A stretch of DNA of 64,000 bases from Schmidtea polychroa (taxonomy: Eukaryota). The position numbers and the translations under genes are program-made. The first letter of the stretch is position 1, and every line of letters begins with the position of its first letter. Below the pieces are notes generated by a model. The model saw only the letters and a program-made list of their open reading frames with translations, ran no database searches and was not told the DNA's origin. The DNA lies in assembly GCA_044892525.1 (NCBI GenBank), contig CM097885.1, forward strand, positions 7,502,001 to 7,566,000, written 5' to 3'. Positions 23,896 to 38,530 of this stretch are shown here, in pieces.

Positions 23896-24459
23896 TTAAT
23901 TATTTAATTTAATACAACAATCAATACATTCATTATAAAAAAAACTTATATTAGAAAAAACATTTAAAACACAAGTATTTACTGCATTCTGCACATTAAT
24001 TGTCGGATTCAATGATTTCATCAACGCCTCACAAATCACATGTTCCAAATAATTATCGAAATTTTTTAATAAAATTTTAAAATCAGACATAACTATTTTA
24101 ATCTTACAGCCCTTATTGTGCTCACCAATTAGGGTCAAAGCCTTCAGTCTACAATGTTCTCGAGCTCGAATACAGAGATAACAGGAAATCTCTCCAATGT
24201 ATGTGGCATTACACCCATTACATGTAAACTGATAAACGAGATCGGAACACAATTCGACCTGTGTTTTTTATTTATTAATAAACATATTGCGTACTTTCCA
24301 TGAAGTTGACACTATCCTATAGTTTAAATTCCCTAACTGCTTTCTTATCTTCACTTTATAATCCTTAAAACCTTCTGAGTACGGCAATACTAACACAAAT
24401 TTAGGCTCATCATCCTTGCTCACACTATTTAATTTATTTGACTCATCAGACTCACACAC
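23896..24459 (-). mobile_element. Penelope-like element remnant, GIY-YIG endonuclease region
   Basis: LVLPYSEG...RIVSTSWKVRNMF followed by LVYQFTCNGCNATYIGE...RAREH, the PLE LPY / VY..C..C..YIG..R..EH pattern. Split over two ORFs. Confidence 0.8.
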
Positions 24460-24607
24460 CTCAACACAATCACACCCAGATTTTAATTAAATACGTTATT
24501 CGCAACAAAGTCTTAAATAATCACTTTATTTTTTTAAATAATAAATGCTGCTACGAAAAAATCATCACTTTATACTAATAATAATTGTATTTAGTAGAAT
24601 TTTTTTT

Positions 24608-24732
24608 GGATATCACTAAGTAAAGAAACCGATGTTTTTTGATATTCACGAATTTTCGGCACTCCAATTAGAATAGGCTGTTCCAAAAACTCGTGAATAT
24701 CAAGAAAACATATTTCAACTGATTCATAGTCC
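24608..24732. mobile_element. Degenerate copy of a short palindromic MITE family
   Basis: GATATTCACGAATTTTCGGC...CTCGTGAATATCAAG, shared with 25282-25340 (half copy) and 48951-49060. Confidence 0.6.
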
Positions 24733-24994
24733 AAAAAATGTTTCTAATAAATAAAATTGAAAAGAAATTAGAAGTACGGATTCTGTAAAGTTAACTTGTC
24801 CTTTTAGATGTAGATGTTGTCAAGAATATAAGAAATAAATAGTACACATTCTACTTGCCTGATTATGAAGATCTTATTAAAAGCAAATATGTGATTATGA
24901 ATAAACTTTGTATCTTTATTTTGTATTTAATTGTTATTATATTTAGTTTTATGTGTTGTTATTTGGTTGTAAGTACTTGATTTCTGGTTGTAAG

Positions 24995-25125
24995 NNNNNN
25001 NNNNNNNNNNNNNNNNNNNNNNNNNNNNNNNNNNNNNNNNNNNNNNNNNNNNNNNNNNNNNNNNNNNNNNNNNNNNNNNNNNNNNNNNNNNNNNNNNNNN
25101 NNNNNNNNNNNNNNNNNNNNNNNNN
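24995..25125. other. Assembly gap (other gaps: 2822-2958, 41167-41338, 53924-54060, 60609-60775)
   Basis: Runs of N. Confidence 1.
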
Positions 25126-28049
25126 TTTAAATTATTTAATAAAAAGAAATTTCATTTAAATTTAAAATTATTTTTGAAAATTATTATTAATTACTCTTTT
25201 AAAATTCCCAGAGGCCATTGGTTTTTCAAAATATCTCACAATAAATTTTAAATTAAATTTACTTATTTTATTTATTAAAAAGGACTATAAATCAGTAATA
25301 TATCGATATTTTTGATATTCATGAATTTTCGGCGCTGCCTTTATCAGCAATTTACTTATTTTAAATTATTACACTAATTTATTTTAATTTAAAAATTGTG
25401 CTTTACTTAATTTTAAAATTTTACACTAATTTACTTAATTTGCCCTTAATGTACTTTAATTTACTTAATTATCAAAATTTCAAGTGGTCATCGATTAATC
25501 AAAATATCTGACCATAAATTCTATGTACAAAATGTCGTGGAATCTTTAGCATTTTTAGTGACAGTCGGATTTGTATTGAAAAATATTTCTAGAACCATAA
25601 AATACCATGGCTTTTAGTGATTGTCGGATTTTGTATTGAAAATCCATGGAACCAAAGAGCCCCTCACCATAGTAAGAAAAATGTGAAATTAAAAATGACC
25701 CTTCTGGAGCAGTCACATTTCCATAACACAACAATTACTTTTCTACAAAAATAAAAAATTTCTAGGGGTGGGGATGAGTGGTACACAGGATGGTGCTTTT
25801 GCAGAGGGCTACTTATTACCTAGTTTTAAATACTGAGACATTGAGTTAATAATTAAAAATTAAATAAATTAAAGTAATAATTGTAAATTATTGTAATATT
25901 TTAAAAATAAGTAATATATTTTAAATAAGTAAAGTAATATTTTTTAAATTAACAATATAACGTCGAGTGCGACATTTTCGTAACGTTTCTTTAAAACGTA
26001 TCTATTACTGAAAATATAAAGTTTTATATGCCCGATGATTCTTCTTTGGATGAATTAGAATACATCGTAGTTAGTAATTATAATACTAGTCAAGATAAAT
26101 TAGAAATTTCAGCTATTGAAGTGGAAGAAGCTAATTCAATAGCTTCAAAAACTTTAAATTCAGGCATGATAAATTTAAAATTTATTTGAAAGTAGAAAAT
26201 ACTGAAATTTGTGATTTAGATTGGAAGGTGTATCGGGCTATAATTGCTTGAAAAATTATCATCTCTACTTATGTATTTTATTGTAAATCAAGTGAAATAT
26301 TTTGTTGATTTGTAGAAAATATTAATTTTAGTAAATTTTGATTTTTTGGAGGGCTCTTATTACACAGATTTAGCTGACTGTAGGTTAAAGAACAGTCAAA
26401 GAAAAGAATGTTTGAAAAATTTTTAGATTGCTTATGAATTTTTAAAGGATTTAATCGTTTGAATTGGTTTATTAAAAAGGGATATGACCTCAAGTGGGTT
26501 GTTGGTTACTTAGGGGTGTGTCACTTTACATTTTAAATACGTTAGGGGTAATCATAGGTATTCACTCGACTCTTTCCTAAACACCCCCATGACTATTGTA
26601 CTTTAAACCATTTGTGTACCCATGGCGACGACCATGTTGGTACTGTACACAAAGGCAAAAAAAACAATGAGCAGGTGAGCTCTATTGCTAAAACTACTCC
26701 CCATTGTATTTTCTCTTCGGGTTCTAGGCGGCCGATAGAAGGTCTTACGTCATCGATCATTTTCTATTTCTACTTTTCTATCTCATTCGGCTATGGTCCT
26801 CATTTCTAGATGTTTCCTATGGTTTCCTTTCAAAATTTTATGCAGGGATGCACCCTTATTTTTCTATTAATAAAGGTTGCTAGGTATTTTTCTTGATATT
26901 TATGAATATTTAACCTAGCTCGCAAAAAAATTTGAGCAGGGATCGGCCCTTATTTCCAAGTTAATCCACACTTGCCATAATATTTAAATTGTCCTTCAAA
27001 AAATTTGAGCAGGCTGTATTCTCAGTCTTAACCTATGTTTGACCAAAGTAATTCCAGCGACGGACCCGTGGAGAAGCCTCCACATTTCGGCCCAAAATCA
27101 GCTGCGCGATTGAAAAGCCAGCATACCCACCAGTCTGAGCATCCCGAAGGTACCCCAAACCATAATATGCTGGATCTCAATTCCACGGCACCATCATTCA
27201 CAATCAACAAATAATATAATTGAACTCAATAAAAACTATTATTTAAAACTTGAAACTAAATGAAATTAAACCATTAAAAAGGACAACAAAAGAAAATTTA
27301 ACTGAGACATTAATTGCATATAAAATTTATTAATTAAAACACTTCGTAAAAATTACAAGAACAATAACAAATAAATTACCACATCCATGTTGGCATAAAA
27401 TCGAAACTGAGAGCTTTACTGTCTGCAAATTAAGTGGCGATGTTGAAAAAAGTTTTTTAAATGAATTTGTGATCAGTATTTATACTGATTTTGAATGCGC
27501 ATTCATGCATGCGCTGTCACTCTATCCAATCAGAGTGCGAGAAATTTTGAATCAATTTTGCATACATGCATGAATGTGTGTAATTATTTATTTTAATTTT
27601 GATTTCATTAATTTAATTAATTAATAATTTAATTTTTTTATTAATTTTAATAATTTATAAATTTTATAATTTAAATAATTCGAGTTATTTTAATTTTTAT
27701 TAATTTAAACAGTCTTATTCTTTAAATTTAATAAGTTACGTAATTCTAACCATTTAATTCTATAAACTTTACAATTAACTAATTTTATTATTTTGACGAT
27801 TTAATTTTTATATCGTTTAAATAATTCTATTTTACATTTTATTATTTTCCTATCGAAAAATTTTTTAAGTATTCAATTTTTTGTTACATTTATTTATCTC
27901 TTTATTCTATTATACGGGGTTTATTGATTCTTAATGTTTATTTTATTTATTCTATATTAAACCTTGATCATAAATTTTTTCCAATTGGCGGTTTTTGTGT
28001 TAGGTATTTTCGATCGATTAAAACAAACTCTCAGTTCTCGGTTTCAGCC

Positions 28050-28300
28050 CAACAGGGTGGATGTTTTTGAAAAATTAAAGGACATAGTCGGTTGGGTAAT
28101 GATGTTTCTCTAAACCATATTACTCCAAGTGTTTTAACTGACAAGCATGCTTTCTCTATTAAATTTATCGAATTTGATCTTCTTTCCTTGAGCATAGTTT
28201 CTAAAACCCTTCCATCTATTGTAATCGATCTTCTAGTTTCCATCCCTTCATTTTGCCGAATCTCAATTACTACTAATAGAAATATCACAAAGACATGGCC
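28050..28300 (-). mobile_element. BEL/Pao pol fragment (probable)
   Basis: VLETMLKERRS...SVKTLGVIW resembles the BEL/Pao L..i...dr....KTLG..W motif after the RT domain. Confidence 0.5.
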
Positions 28301-28350
28301 ACGTGAACGCAAATCAAATGCAACATAAATGCAATATATATATATATATA

Positions 28351-28816
28351 CAGTGCTCGAAGTGGAACAAAATATGTGCCGGGATAGGCATGCTGTGGCA
28401 CCCGGGATTCCAGGCTTTTATGCAGAAATTTTCAGTTGGGTGTGTTGCAAAACTTTGGGGGGTGTGCAACAAATTTTATATATAGACACATTATATATAG
28501 AGCGGGTCGCAGTATAAATAACTCAACAAACAACTTGCTGGTTTAACTAAAATAAATAAGAGAATATACCTATCTATCCATTACTGCTGCTTGGGAAATT
28601 CTTAATTGAATAGAGATTAGAGAATAAAGAATATATATATACATACATATATGGATGTACTATGTGTGACCTTAATTGCAGTATTTGTGTGCCTATAAAA
28701 TGAAATAAGTACCGGGATAAACCTATAGATTATATGAAATGAAGTGCCGGGATGCAATTCCGCCTACATAATCAATGCCGGGATAATATCCCGGCTATCC
28801 CGCCTCACTTCGAGCA

Positions 28817-28819
<3 letters not shown>
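28351..28819. mobile_element. 469-bp MITE inserted in a (TA)n tract
   Basis: Perfect 14-bp TIR CAGTGCTCGAAGTG / CACTTCGAGCACTG. Several subterminal GCCGGGAT-like motifs. TATATATA on both sides, so TSD length is ambiguous (2 or 8 bp). Confidence 0.88.
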
Positions 28820-28859
<40 letters not shown>

Positions 28860-29247
28860 TAATTAAGTAATAGAAATTATAAAACTTATTTACCATATTT
28901 ACTCATTTTATAAAATATATTTCTACATTTCTATTTTAAATATTAAATATTAATTATTTTTCTTTAGTAATTTATATGAATTTTTAATTGAAATAGTTAT
29001 TGAAATTAGTTTACAAATGTCATAATAATAATAAAAATATTAAAATGGTAATTTTTATTTTGTTAATTTATAATATTTTGTTTAAATTTATCTAAAGCAT
29101 CAAAAAACGCCTTACTTATGAAATGTGTAATTTAATTTGAAGTTATTAATTTTTTTTTCATCGAATTAATTTTGCTAAATTTTATATTTTCAATTTAAAA
29201 AGGTTTTTATTAATAAGATTACTTTTTAACCTTCTATCTATACCAAA

Positions 29248-32200
29248 ATGAAAATCTATTGCCGATTTATTTTTGCATTTATGGGATTCCTGGGATTAAT
29301 TATAGTGTACATGTTGAGGGTTAATATTAGTGTCGCTATCGTGGCTATGGTCAATTCAACTGTTTTCAAGCCTAAAAATTTTACTTCAGAATGCCCAGTT
29401 TCTAAATTAAATAATTCTAATAAAGTAACTCTAGGATTACGTAATAATTGTCAAATTATTATTAAATTGGATAGCCAGAAACTGGGGAATTCTTGTGGGG
29501 AGAGACTGACCAGACGATGATTCTATCTTCCTTTTATTGGGGATATACTTTAGTGCAAATACCCAGTTAGTAGGGAAGGTTGATAGTTTAATGAACTCAC
29601 TGTGACTTAGGCGGAATTCTTTTGTTATTTTTCAAACCGAAATGGATCTACGGACTGTCAACGTTGACCACGTCAATTCTTACATTTTTCATCCCGTTGG
29701 CAGCTAATGGTGGAGTTTATGCAATGGTGATATTGAGATTTCTGATGGGGGTTTGTGAGGTGAGTCTCAATATCCGGTTAATAAATCATTACTAATATAA
29801 TTTTAATTTCTCATTAATATATTATTGATTATTATTATTTATAATTATTTTTATTATTATTAATGATTTTTATGATTTATATTAATTATTATTAAAATTA
29901 TTTTTTCATTATTATATTTTTTGCCTATGATTAATTTTCAATTTATTAAAAATATTTTTAAACTATAAGAAATTATGAAAAATTTAAAATATTCCCTCAA
30001 ATAGTCAGTTTGACCATTTATGGAGCTCATAATAACAAATACTTTATTTCAGTATTTAATTAATTAATTTAATTAATTTATATTTAATTTATTTTCATTA
30101 CGACTATGATCAATTTTTGAATGCTGAAAATTTTCTTTAAACAGGGAAGACAAAATTTGATTTATTGTCATAATGAAAATAAAAAAAATTGTTAAAATAT
30201 TATTGATTATTATTATTTATAATTAGTTTTATTATTATTAATGATTTTTTGATTATTAATGATTTTTATGATTTATATTAATTATTATTAAAATTAATTT
30301 TTCATTATTATATTTTTACCTATGATTTATAATTAATTTTCAATTCATTAAAATTTAAAAAGATTTTTAAACTATAAGAAATTATGAAAAATTGAAAGAA
30401 TTAAAATATTTAAAATATTCCCACAAATAGTCAGTTTTATGAAGATCATAATAACAAATACTTTATTTCAGTAAAATTCTTTATTTTTTTGTTCACCTTT
30501 GATTATTTCTATATTCTTTTAATATTTAATTTATTTTCATTACGACTATGATTAATGTTTCCCTTTATTGAATGCTGCAAATTTTCTTTAAACAGGCACG
30601 ACAAAATTTGATTTATTGTCGTAATGAAAATAAAAAAAATTGTTAAAATCTCATTTTGGATTTGCGTAATATTTTTGGTTCTGAAAAGCTCCCTAATAAC
30701 TTCATAAGATAAATAATTAGAGAGGAATAGAAAGAAAATGATAAATTAAATTTCGTATTGAAGTGAACATGACTTATTTTAGGTTGAAAATGTTTCATTT
30801 AAAAAACACTGGAAATGGCTTTTTATTGGAATATAATTTTGGTCTGCTTTGTACTATTATGAAGGGATATCATTATATGATTTCATAGTGAATAATGATA
30901 TGATAGATATTCACACCACATAAAATATTTTTCTAATTTTCAATTAGTTTACCTATTGATGAGAAGTGGAGACCTTTTCCTAATATTTAATTTTACTTTA
31001 TTTATCATTTTTTACCATATTTGGTGTTTGAATGAATCGAAATTTTCAGGGTCCGACATATCCATCTCTTTACGCTCTTTGTGGATGTTGGGTACTGGCA
31101 GCAGAAAGTTCTATTGTTGTTACCTGTATAATGACAGGTAATGTTTTCATAATGTTTTTATTTAAATGATAATTATGATTAACATTTCATTAATATACTT
31201 TGATTAACTGTTATAAAAATAAATCTTGGTAAAAAACTAAGTATTAAGTGATGATTTCTTGGTAGCAGTATTATTTAATTGTATAATTATATAGAGAGTA
31301 ATATGTATAAAAAGATAACATGACGTGAAAAAAATTTGAGAAAAGAAACTATTCGCTCTTGCACAATAATTAAATTGTGGAAATCTGTGTATTGATTTTC
31401 AGCGTTGCAATAAATAAACGCATTTAATATAGAAAACGAGAAAGAAGTAGAAAAAAGTAATTGACAAACAACTCAGAAAAAGAATGTGCGAAATTTCGAT
31501 ATGTAGAATCATTGTAATGAATAAACTCACTATAATAAATCGTTTGCAGAAATTTTTAAAAAAAATTACCAAAGAAATATTGATGAAAATTCCGAAAACT
31601 CAACTTTGAGTTGAAGAGATAATGATGACATAATTTCCTAAGATTTATCTTCAATTTTTCAATAAATTTAATAGTTTTTAAATATTTTACTATGTATTGA
31701 AAATTTTTTTTTAACTTTGCAGTCCAATGTTGATATTGGGGAAAAAACTAGAAAATCCAAAATTTTATTAACCTATATTTAAAAATTAATATGTCTCTCG
31801 AAAAAAAATTTGATTTAGTCAACGAGGCTCTGGAAAGTGAGCTGAATAAAGATTATTAGAAAAATTTAGAAAACTATTTTGAACACATTCATCGTTTTTT
31901 TCCTAAAGGTTGTAAAAATAGATTTTTTTTGATTGGATATTAATAAATTATATTTGTCAATTAATTAATTTAAAAATTATAGAACTCATGTTGTATCGGA
32001 ATAAATCCAAATTTTTATTAATTAATATCTAAAAATCCTGTAAAAATTAATTATAAATAATTTATAATAGAAAATGTTGAGAAAAGGCAATATTTAAGAA
32101 TAATGATCTCATACCTATATGGATCAAAATTTAAATTAAAAAATTATTAACCATTTCTAAAATGGCTAAAATAAATCATATACAGTTGGTAAGTTTATCA

Positions 32201-35200
32201 CAAATTATGCGTTATCTATAATTGGTTGTACACACCCACCTGTATTATACACCTAATTCCGAAATATAAAAGTTTCTATAATCTAAAAAAACCGATTAAG
32301 TTATTGTATACACCAAACACCGCTGAGATACGTTTCATATAATATAAGAAAGAAATCAATAATCTTACATTATAGAGACATACATACTTACTTTGAATTC
32401 ACGCTGATGTTCTCATTAATTGTGCAATGAGATACATTTTACACTATAGAAATCTAAAAAGTGGAAGAAAAATTAAATACTGCACACAAACACAACACAT
32501 ACTAAAACTTTCGATACATAGAAATGGGCCACTGAGATATGTTTCTATAATAACTCTATTTTAGACAATTTTTAGAAAAGATTATCGCTGAAAATGTTTT
32601 TAAATGTATTTTTAAAGAAACTATTGTCATGAAAATGACGAAATATCATCGTAAGAATTATTTTTAAGTTAAAATGAAGTTAAATATTCATTAGAATTTT
32701 CGATATTTGTTTAGAAATATTTTAGAAAAATACATTTTTGGTGATTGATTTAATTATTTAATGTTAATTAAAAATATATCTGAATTACATTATATCAAAA
32801 GAATTCCAAAATTATAATTATAAAATAAATTTCATAAAATTCCTAAAAAACCTAAAAATTAATTAAAAATAATTTATAACACAAATGTTGACTAAAAGTA
32901 ATATTTAAGAACTTGAATAATGATCTCATATTTACATGGGTCAAAATACAAGTCTTAAAATTTGCTTAAAATTAAACATCTTACATGAAAGCAATTTCAA
33001 AATTGGCAAAAATAAAATTCAAGAAATGAAATTTATTAAATTGGTGAGTCAATTTAATGATGTACACACTAACCACCACTATAGAAAATGTATCTCAGTG
33101 GCGCTTCGTGTAGTAATACATACCTGTGTGCAAAAATTTAATCTTAACTTAAAAGTTTTTATAAAAAAATTGATATTGGTAGAAAAATAATTTTATAGAC
33201 AAGCACAGCACACATAATAAACAATACATGCAAATTTTTAAAAGGCTTTTTCATTTTAAAATTTAAAAATGATTAACATATTGTTAACATATTATTATTT
33301 TCAATTTATTAAATAAAATCGCGGAGAAAATCTTTGTAGAGAAAATGGGGATAAAACTTCGTAAGATGTATAAGATTATTTAAAAATTTAATGTTTTTTT
33401 AGAATTTCAGATATTATAATCAGTATACTTATAATGAAAACAAATATCTCATTGTATGGTTTAATGAATATTTTCGTTATAATAGCTATAAGTGATAATT
33501 GGATATTCATACCAAATTTCAAATATTCAACCAGGTTCTTCTATCTCTTTATTTCGTGGGTTAAAATCGAAAATCCTAAATTTTATTAACTTAATTTAAA
33601 ATTAGATTATAACAGTCACTAAATAATATAAGTAAAAATGAAAACTTTTATATATACAATATATTTCGACATATGCACTTTCATCGTCAGGTAAAATTGA
33701 AATTCAAACTATATCAATTTAAATTGCTCTTTTAAACAAACTAATTCATTAATTTTTTAAATTATATATTGTTAAAAAATCATAAAATTCTGTTTTCTCA
33801 ATTCAAACTTTTAAAACTTTCAAAATTTACAAAAGTTGAAGTCAAACAACATTTCAATAAATTTTTTACAAAATTGTGTCTACTAATATTAATCAATTCC
33901 TTCAGTTGATATTGATCAGGAACTTGAGAACGGAGATGAAGGGCAGTCATTCCAATATATGTGGTCTTACACCCATGACATAAATATTCATAACCAAGAT
34001 CTGAACACTATCTAAGTAGGACTTGAAATCTACTAATAAACACGAAGTAAAAAATAGGAATTAAAAACCACCATACAACATTAAATACACAACTTCTTGT
34101 TCAAAATCTTTATGCAAACTGTATAACACTCCAAATACAAAAATGTATAACAAACCTAAACCAATAACCGAGTCATGTCCATCATTTCCACAGTATGAAT
34201 CTTATATACCAAGCGTTCGGTTGATGGATCTCATCATTTATGTGATTACTTTTTAAAAAAACCTTTTTGTATGTGGTACTGATTAGCTTTGTCGTTTATT
34301 ATTGCAAAATTATATTTCAGTCTCAAACTTTCTTTGAAAGTAAGAAAACAACTTTTAAAAGAAACTTAATTTCTTTGGAAACAAAATTACAAATTTTGAA
34401 TGGTTTGTGTAAAGAAGAAAAGACATATGACATTGCATAAGCTCTAAATTTAAATGAGGCAAAAAGTATCCAAAGAAATGAGAAGGAAATTAGAAGTGTC
34501 ACAAATTAGAAATATGATAGAATCTTCGATATGCGCAACATTTCCTGCTAGTTGTCTCATACCAATTATTGAGAAAATAGAAAAGGCACTCAATATTTAA
34601 ATTGGAAATTGTTGTACAAAAAGGTTTTTATTAGGTGGTAATATCAGTCGAGAAGTCTCCTAAACTTAAAAAAATCTCTTAAAAAGTGTAGAACCTCCTG
34701 TAAACCCAGAAGTAATTAGATGTTTTATTAAACGAAACACAATCGGATCTGTTCAAGTCTTTCTTATCTCATATATTACACGCCTAAATTGTACTTGATT
34801 ATCTCGACAGTCCTTAAGGTCTCATCAATCTTCATTGAAAATTATACTACTTACATATGTACAAAATTTCACTGATATGCTTCACTTAGCACGAGCAAGA
34901 ACAAGTAGAACCTTTCAATTTTATGGTTTAAAGGTTAAACAGAACAACGCGCATCGTTCATATCTGATAGATAATAAATAAATATTTATAGTAAATTAGT
35001 TTAGTTTATCGTGATTTATTATCTGATTTTCATGTGTATGTTACTTTGACCATTTGTTGTAATAAATGACTTGAACAATATGATAATTCGACTGTTACGT
35101 GGTATCTATTTATGCATGTTTACTGTTATCTGTTGAGTTGATCAATGTCTAAATATGTTATTTTTCTTTCGAAACATTGAATACATTTCCTATGATATTA

Positions 35201-35339
35201 CCCTCCTCCCCATTATTTAAGTTAAAGGTAACCAAAAACAATTTGAAAAATTATTAGTAGTTGTTTGAAATACTTCGAATCCTTCTTTGTTAAATTCGTC
35301 GAGGTCTTTGGTAACAGATTCCTTACTTTAAATTTTATA

Positions 35340-35381
<42 letters not shown>

Positions 35382-38300
35382 ATTTTTTACTAAAATTATA
35401 TTTCTCGAATGTTATAAAATTCCTAAACATAACCATTATTAAATTAATCACAGGCATAATTTCATTTATTTTCATTTAAATTTCGACTAGAGATCAATGT
35501 TTTTCTTATTTAACACACATTTTTGGAACTGCCTTTTCAACTGTTAAAAAATCGTAATTAATCATTTTTAAGCAAAGTAAAAAGAATTTTTTTAAAAATA
35601 TTTGATTTGGATGAATTTTAAATTAAAAAAAAAGAAAAAAAATGGAAAAATCAAAGAAAAAACCCATCTTGTTAAAGTTGATGTTTTCCCCTTTTATGGG
35701 AATTTATTTATAATTTTGTAAATCATGTAATTTTTGAGAGTAGTATTGCACAGTTTTTAACTTTGAAAATATATTTTATTATACGAAATTAGAGAACAGA
35801 AGGGTTTTGTTTCGGAACTAAATGAATTAACAAAATAGATGTATACGTAAATTAATTAATTTATAAATTTTAAGTTTTCATAATGAACCAAAGTTTGAAT
35901 CATTAGGATATGACGCACTAAATGCATTACCTAATCAATCGGTCGGCACTATGCAATCAACTGTTGTCATTTATGCTCGCCGGGAAGTTAGGAAACGTTG
36001 AAATAATTCGGATAAAATTTCCAATTATTACTGACATCAAAAGTATATGTACGTCACTCTTAACCCTTTCAATACTGTAGGGACATATTGTCCCAGAGAG
36101 TTTCTAATAATTACTAAAATAATTTAAATGCTCACAAATGCATTGAGATCTGGGATTTTAGTACTGTACGGTCATAGGCTCGTAAACAAGTCCAAACATG
36201 TCTGCTTTGTTGCTGTTTGCTGTCTTCTTTTTTCTTTTCTATAAAATTTTGTGCTATAAACATTACATGAATTATTAAAATAACAAAATCGTATTGAAAG
36301 GGTTAAAGGAAGGAATAATATCGGTTGTATATATAGACTTTTAGATACTTTATAATTTTCGAATATCACCCAACTTTTTCGAAATTTCTATTTATATAGA
36401 GAATTTTCATGGCATATTTGTATATTCTAGTTTTATATTTACGCAAGACAAAACAAATTATTTACAAAACTATATCACAAAATGAACATAGAATTGAATT
36501 ACACAAAAAACTTACAAAAAATGGCGAAATAAACCAACTAAATTAATTGCCTACCATGACGAATAAAAATATATTAAATTGAAAATATTAATACTTTCAT
36601 GATCACAAGACAAATATTTTTCCACGAGACAGCTTGATTGTGTACTTAAAAAATATTTACATATGACGTATTTTTGGTAATTTTATTATTTGCAAGACTA
36701 CATAAATGTCACCTGTCAAATCAAGTTTATTTTATTGTATAAAATATTATATTACGTCAAAAGTCCTTTCAATCCTGAAAGAGTTAAAATATATAATTAA
36801 TTCCTCCAGAACAAAGAAATAGTACTTAATAGTTACCCGAGACCTCATCTACCCGTTCTGGTAAAACAATAAACCGAGTAATTTTAAAAGACATTTCAAT
36901 AAATTATCATTTAATATTTAAAGTAGGGTACCATCACAAGTAACACTAACAACAGCAACAACAATTACAAATATTTTTAACATGTAAATAAGAAAAAGTA
37001 AATGAACTAAACATTTATAATAATTACATTAAAATCCTAAAGAAATCCGAGCATTATCGACTATCCAAATTGGTGGCAATACATTTTTATTATCCATTTT
37101 ATATCCCTATATTGAAATTTTGACAAATAAACTTTCATTTTCTTTATGTTCAATTTCTTCAAAGGCATCATGAGAACGGGAATTTCGATTGTTGATGAGT
37201 ATATTTTCATTGCTAATTAAAATCTATTTACTGCAAAATCTTATTATTTATACAACCAGTGAAGCTTGAATATTGCGATTTGATCAATTTGACTGCATTG
37301 AGAATTGATATGGAATTTCATCTACCAAGAAATCTAGTTATTATACCGAAGAACCAGCTGGATATCAATATCTTTCTTGATTTGAACCGATTTCGTTTTC
37401 TATGGTTCTTCAATTAATTTCTTAATTGGACTTGTTTCTTTCAATACGTTACTAAACGATTTCTAACCAAAAACATTCTTAATATTATTAATTTTTTGTT
37501 TTTATATCATTTCACAACTCTTATAGTTTGAGAATCATGTATGTAACCAATCAAATGCATGTAAGTGTATTACATATTATATGTATATGTGTGTGACATT
37601 TATATACGAATCATTCATGTATTGTAAATATAATGCATGTGTGTAACCTTTTTTCGTAAAATTTGTGTGTTCTTAAAAGTTGTTGAACTATCCCTTATTT
37701 ATTACACATACATGCACCTAGCTAGTTTTTCTAGCCTTGATATATATTTTTCTTATTTGACCTACTTTGAGTTAGAATTTTGAAACTATATAGTATGTGC
37801 GTATATAACCTACTTAATTATTTAATCTGTATGACCTATATGGGGTAACACAAGTTTTTATGAGGACGTGTGTCTGTGTGACCTACATAATCTTTGAGTT
37901 GACCTACATGAAAACTCTTAAAAATGTCGTTGTAAAAGTGTTAAGCAAAATTTTTTAGCTTATTATTAGCTTATATACCATTTACCTGTTTAGTTAATTA
38001 ATGCTGTTACCAAAAATCATAATTTTATAATGTAAATTTTAATATTAAAATTATTTTTATTGTTGTATTTTCAAATATTTTTTTATTTTGAAAATTCTAA
38101 CATTTTCAAATTCATTTTCAAAATTAATAAAATATTTAAAGAAATTAATTTAATAATTAATTGTTTTATTTTTTAAACTGAATCTATTTGGTTAAATTAA
38201 AAATTGTTTATTTATCTAATCTCAAAATAAATCTTGGATAACAAGAATTAAAAATTTTGTCCGGATAATCAAATTAATTACCGTATTACTTCGAATATAA

Positions 38301-38468
38301 GCCGTACTTTTTACTTACATTTTTAATGTGCAAAATTAGGATGCGGCTTATATTCGAAGTAATAAGCAATTTATAAAAAGTCGAATTTGAGAGATAAAAG
38401 CAGTATTATATCTGTTTCCTCTTTTTCTTAGGAGGGTTAAAGCTTTTGTAGCGGAAATAAAAAAACAC

Positions 38469-38530
<62 letters not shown>

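Noticed and set aside
29475-29565. Apparent frameshift in SLC17-A exon 2
   Set aside because: Recounting the G run (TGG GGA GAG) gives 91 bp, identical to copy B, and the frame is intact.
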